Source: Octopus vulgaris | Lineage: Eukaryota | Reading direction: 5' to 3' | Assembly (NCBI GenBank): GCA_951406725.2 | Contig: OX597816.1 | Coordinates: 61,814,001-61,878,000 of the forward strand | DNA length: 64,000 nt | Shown: in pieces, positions 58,714 to 64,000 of the stretch | Layout: every line of letters begins with the position of its first letter | Numbering within the stretch: position 1 is the first letter of the stretch | Position numbers and translations under genes: made by a program | The notes under the pieces: generated by a model | Databases searched by the model: none | What the model saw: only the letters and a program-made list of their open reading frames with translations | What the model was told of the DNA's origin: nothing

Positions 58714-59059
58714 CGTATATATACATATATATATATATATTTCGGAATGGTCATATTGCCAGTTTAGCCAATATATATATATTTGGTGTTATTTTGCTTC
58801 ATATATATATATCTTATATAAAGTTCTTTCGTCACACTCCTGTGACCGCATATATATATTGTGTCTCTCCTTATAACCGTCAGCCATTTTGTATTTCTAT
58901 TGTATGTCTTCATTTGCGCATATATATGTGCGTCTATGTTTATTTAGTGTGGGGGGATGCCTGTACATATACATTCTTGTATATAATATTCATGTGTTTA
59001 CATCCACCCATATATATTATATATGCTTGTATGTATGTATAACAACAATATTAGTTAAT

Positions 59060-59069
59060 ATATATAATC

Positions 59070-59113
<44 letters not shown>

Positions 59114-59118
59114 TATAC

Positions 59119-59151
<33 letters not shown>

Positions 59152-59428
59152 AATATATATATATATACATATATTTATATATAGACATATATATATATAT
59201 ACCTATATATATATAGACATATATATACATATATATATAATATACATATATATATATATATATGTACCTATATATATATATATATGCATATATATATACA
59301 TATATATATAATACATATATATATGTATATATATATATTATATATACATACATATATATAATACATATATATATGTATATATATATATTTATATCTATAC
59401 GTATATATGTATATATATATATATATAT
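59060..59428. repeat. Long degenerate (TA)n tract
   Basis: Direct periodicity. Confidence 0.95.
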
Positions 59429-59816
59429 ACTCTTTTACTCTTTTACGTGTTTCAGTCAGTTGACTGCGGCCATGTCTTTAGTCGAGCAAATCGAGCCCAG
59501 GACCTATTCTTTGTAAGCCTAGTACTTATTCTATCAGCCTCTTTTGCTGAACCACTAAGTTACGGGGACGTAAACACACCAGTATCGGTTGTCAAGCGAG
59601 GGACAAACACAGACACACAAACATATACACACATACATATATTTACATATATAAGACGTACTTCTTCCAGTTTCCATCTACCAAATCCACTCACATGGCT
59701 TTGGTTGGTCCGAGGCTATATTAGAAGACACTTGCCCATGGTGCCATGCAGTGGGAATGAACCCGGAACCATGTGGTTGGTAAGCAAGCTACTTACCACA
59801 CAGCCAGCCCTGCGCC

Positions 59817-59817
<1 letters not shown>
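59428..59817 (-). mobile_element. SINE family B
   Basis: Reverse-complement match. Confidence 0.88.
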
Positions 59818-59858
<41 letters not shown>

Positions 59859-60149
59859 GATATATATGTAATTTTGTGCGTTTTTGCTCTAAAAGTATAT
59901 ACTAGGAGCAAGAGTGAGTGGCTGCAATTTCTAGCCGGCGGTTGTCCTGTACCGACGAAGTGAAATTACCCAGAACCATTGTTCTACAGTTATCACTACA
60001 GCTACTAAGGGAGCAGTAAACTCTTTTGCTTACAGTATACTGACACAGTTCATGTGTTGGTAGCCAGTCTAAAACATCTTTCTGCGACTTTGCACTGGCA
60101 AATAGACTTTAGTCTCTCTCCCTGTATATATATATATATATATATAAAA

Positions 60150-60340
60150 GGAACACACGAGTATATATATAAAAAACAAGTAAAAAATATGCTATATATA
60201 TATTTCATATTTCGTCATTTTGATTTTCAACTAACGATTAAATATTTAATCGTTACAGTTGAAAAGGTCTCAAAATGACGAAACCGGTACTGAAATGTTC
60301 ACTATAAAATATTTTAGCATTTTCTATTTTTTACTTGTTT

Positions 60341-60345
<5 letters not shown>
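60150..60345 (+). mobile_element. Fold-back element in (TA)n carrying a U3-A8 minimal hammerhead motif
   Basis: 60256-60292: CAG/TTGAAAA/G-GTC..GAC/GAAA/CCGG/TA/CTG. The left half is an imperfect inverted copy of the right half, centred on ~60243. Confidence 0.65.
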
Positions 60346-60399
<54 letters not shown>

Positions 60400-60400
<1 letters not shown>

Positions 60401-61448
60401 CGACTGCTTTTCATGGTAGCCCTATCGGATATGCTATCAGTGACAGAGGTAGTCATGCTTACCAGCTATGCCTGCCGGCGACACAAATTGTCACACAGTC
60501 AGTCAAAAAAACATCTGATACTACGCTCTTACAGAAAGATCTAGATGCCATCTATACATGGGCTGAGGATAACAACATGCAATTTAATGCAAGTAAATTC
60601 CAGGCCCTCCGCTAATGGTTAAGTACTGCTCAGGAATCACGACATCAGTACGTTGGAAGAAGTGGAGTAACGATCCCAGAATCAAATACGGTGCGTGATC
60701 TTGGAATAGAAATGAGCAACAATGCCTCATTACACACACATATCAACAAAATGTTGCAGTATCCAGAAGACTGGCTGGTTGGATTCTGAGAACCTTCCGG
60801 ACAAGAGACCAAGAAGCAATGATGACAGTATGGAAGTCATTTATCCTCAGCCGAATGGACTACTGCTCTCAGCTATGGTCACCTTATACTACAAGGATGA
60901 TAGCAGAGCTTGAAGCAGTTCAACGACATTACATAAAGAAAATTGCATCAATGAAACGATTGAGCTACTGGGACAGGTTGAAAGAGCTGCGACTCTATTC
61001 CCTGGAACGAAGGCGTGTGAGGTATGCAGTGATATATATATGGAAGATACTGGAAGAACTGGTACCAAACTTTGGAATAAAGAGCTATACCACGAACAGG
61101 GCGTCACTGTGCTTTCCCCACTGTGCCGACTGCTTCATCTCGAGCAAGGACGATGTACTGCAATAGCTTCGGTTTCAAGGGCCCACAGCTGTTTAACTGT
61201 CTGCCGAAACATCTCAGTATCTTCCACGGAATGGATGTAGACGTTTTTAAACGTGAATTTGACCTATGGCTCGCCGAGATCCCGTATGAGCCAATATCTA
61301 AGCAAGAAACTCAAAAGAGTGCAGTAGCATCAAACTCCATCCTTCACCAAAAGCCACTCTGACAAAGGTGGAAAGTAGAAAGATGATTACAATGGCGGTG
61401 CTTCAGCGTGGCCACAGTCATTGGACTGAGACATATAAAAGAATAAAA

Positions 61449-61452
<4 letters not shown>
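60400..61452 (+). mobile_element. 5'-truncated CR1-clade LINE (RT C-terminal part plus 3'UTR)
   Basis: LQKDLDAIYTWAEDNNMQFNASK, VRDLGI, SFILSRMDYCSQLWSPY, LEAVQR, SYWDRLKELRLYSLERRR; stops and frameshifts; (TAAAAGAA) repeat tail. Confidence 0.92.
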
Positions 61453-61492
<40 letters not shown>

Positions 61493-61496
61493 ATGT

Positions 61497-61786
61497 GATC
61501 ACCGTGACCGACCAGGCTAGCTGATGTTGCTACACATCGCTGGTCACAATGCACTTTGTATTGTTTTAGCCTTCAAATGACGCCACCTCGCTAGCTAAGC
61601 GAGCAGGCCAACAGAAGAAACAGAGAAAGAGTACAGCAGGGATCATCCCCCCCTCCACTGCCGGAGCCAAGTGGAACTTTAGGTATTTTCGCTCAATAAA
61701 CACTCACAACGCCCGGTCTGGGAATCGAAACCGCGATCCTACGACCGCGAGTCCGCTATCCTAACCACTGGACCATTGCGCCTCCA
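61497..61786 (-). mobile_element. SINE family D, full length
   Basis: Minus strand GGAGGCGCAATGGTCCAGTGGTTAGG...GGTTTCGATTCCCAGACCGGGCG head. Confidence 0.88.
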
Positions 61787-62114
61787 TATATATATATAAA
61801 TACTACAGAGCATAGACGTCAGTTCTCAACACCTGTTCTTAGTATATTTCCCAAGGAAGGGGTCTTAACGCAGAAATATTGAAATACCAGAAAATAGAAC
61901 GAATCATCTATGCAATGTGTTGACTTCAAAAGACATTTGTAAAACACACACACACATACACATAACCACACACATATATATGACTATACTTCATGAAAAC
62001 TGTACTATTCTGATATATATATGCACACACACACACACACACACATACATACATATATATATATATATTCATATACATAGCTAGCTGTATACAAACACAT
62101 ACACACATACACAC

Positions 62115-62166
<52 letters not shown>

Positions 62167-62181
62167 GTATATACATATATA

Positions 62182-62217
<36 letters not shown>

Positions 62218-62547
62218 TGTATGTATATTCAATACTTACACAGATATGCGAAATACAACTGCTACTTAGAAATATAATTAATTTTTGATATTTGGGGGCG
62301 TTGATCAAGCATAGGTAAAATAAAGTCTCATGCTTACAAAGAAAACATACTAGTTGTATTTATTCCCGCAGTAATATGAAATTGAATTACATGATATTTG
62401 AAATACTGAACTATCTTGAACACATATTGCTAACTACAAAACTATTGTACTTTGATATAATTTAATAAAGAAGTAAATGCTAAGCTTGTTAAATAAAACA
62501 GGTTATATGCTTAGCGAGGATATTATAGAATATAATTATTGCTCACA

Positions 62548-62672
<125 letters not shown>

Positions 62673-63331
62673 AACTAATTATACACACACACATATATAT
62701 GTATAAATATATGTAGACTCACCCCCCCCCCCCACACACACACGTTCCGTTTAAGTAATTTAAGCATGTCACGTTTTCCGCAGCGAATCCCATTGTCACG
62801 TTTTCTTTGATGTAACATTCACAGTGACTTTTCCGATATTAATTTCTAACGTAGCACAAGCCGTTAAGTTTATAGCTAAACAAAACTTCGATGACATTTA
62901 GCAAGAGAATTCTGTAGGCAAAAAAAACACCTTGCTTTCTTTTATGATAATGGGTAGGAGGACTTTATCAGAACAAGTAATATCAACGTGTATGATTGTT
63001 GACAGTATATGTCCGTCCCTATAACAACATATAATGCATCTTTGAAGGACAGCCTTGTATTCCAACGTGCATTATCGTAGAGTGAGAGAATTCATCACCA
63101 TGTGCATTCGCATATTCTTATAGAGTTCTGTGGCAACGTGCAGTGCGTTTGATGAGTAAAGGGCCTTTATCATAACATGTATTATTGTTGGAAAAATCGG
63201 GTATCTCAAAGAGTGTTATCTTTCATGAGGCCCCGTCCAGCATTTCAATCTATCAAGTGAATACGAGAATCCAATTATATCTTTCTTACAGTTCGATATA
63301 CATTTTAAGCGGAGGACCCCACCCCATTGAG

Positions 63332-63393
<62 letters not shown>

Positions 63394-63409
63394 TATTATA
63401 TATATTCAA

Positions 63410-63588
63410 AATGTGACCGCGTGTGTACCGTTGGCGATGTTTTTCCCTCTGTCTTCCCTCCTGTGGATCCTTCCTTCTCCTATGTTTCCGACGAAGAGCT
63501 TCCTTCTTTCCTGAGCGTCCGATAGTACTATATTTGTTCCACGTCCTCGCGTTGTTATGTTTTTTTGTGCTTTCTTGTTTGGATTAAC

Positions 63589-63590
<2 letters not shown>
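63410..63590 (+). mobile_element. Relative of the 8798-8976 element with the hammerhead motif partly deleted
   Basis: Shared GTTGGCGAT, TATGTTTC(C)GACGAAGAGCT and TTTCCTGAGCGTCC...TTGTTCCACGTC blocks; the GAAA half is missing; flanked by (TA)n. Confidence 0.75.
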
Positions 63591-63646
<56 letters not shown>

Positions 63647-63665
63647 TACATAGATATATATCACT

Positions 63666-63848
63666 CTTTCACTCTTGTTTCAGTCAGTCATTTGACGAGC
63701 TTCTTTCAGTTTCCGTCTACCAAATTCACTCAGAAGGCTTTGGTCGGCCCGAGGCTACAGTAGAAGACACTTGGCCAAGGTGCCACGTAGTGGGACTGAA
63801 CCCGGAACAATGTGGTTGGTAAGCAAGCTACTTACCACACAGCCACTT
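63666..63848 (-). mobile_element. SINE family B, internally deleted
   Basis: Head and core match joined to a short tail piece. Confidence 0.82.
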
Positions 63849-64000
63849 CTACGCATTCTTTTTTCTTTGTAATGCCTTGCTAAAACTAATGATGAAAAAA
63901 AGATATGGTTTAGTGTACGATAAAATAGTGAATACATGCCAAATACAAAATATTAATCGTAAAAATTATTTTAAAATTCTAATCTGTACGTCACACACGC

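Noticed and set aside
58820-58858. GUCAC..GUGAC-GAAA hairpin on the minus strand within a (TA)n insert
   Set aside because: No valid 5' core and stem III is not palindromic.

Overview
AT-rich, repeat-saturated animal genomic DNA, most likely octopus (inferred from the tRNA-headed SINE families and the (TA)n/(TG)n/(TCTA)n/(TAA)n microsatellite load; not database-checked). I found no confidently identifiable host protein-coding gene, rRNA or true tRNA, and most ORFs in the track are microsatellite artefacts. The window holds at least four SINE families (about 35 copies), 5'-truncated non-LTR retrotransposon remnants (R4/Dong-like, Tx1/L1-like, CR1), three mariner derivatives, a Tigger/pogo fragment and a non-autonomous Helitron-like element. 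Three unannotated signals stand out. (1) Several short elements inside (TA)n tracts carry minimal type I hammerhead-ribozyme motifs with palindromic stem III, showing three different 3-8 core pairs (C-G, U-A, A-U); two sit in inverted-repeat structures typical of Penelope-like elements. (2) Retroelements appear partitioned by microsatellite type: R4/Dong in (TAA)n, Tx1-like in (TCTA)n, hammerhead elements in (TA)n. (3) Two SINE-LINE 3'-tail partnerships are visible within the window (SINE-B/CR1 and SINE-A/Tx1-like), and SINE-A repeatedly inserts into itself.
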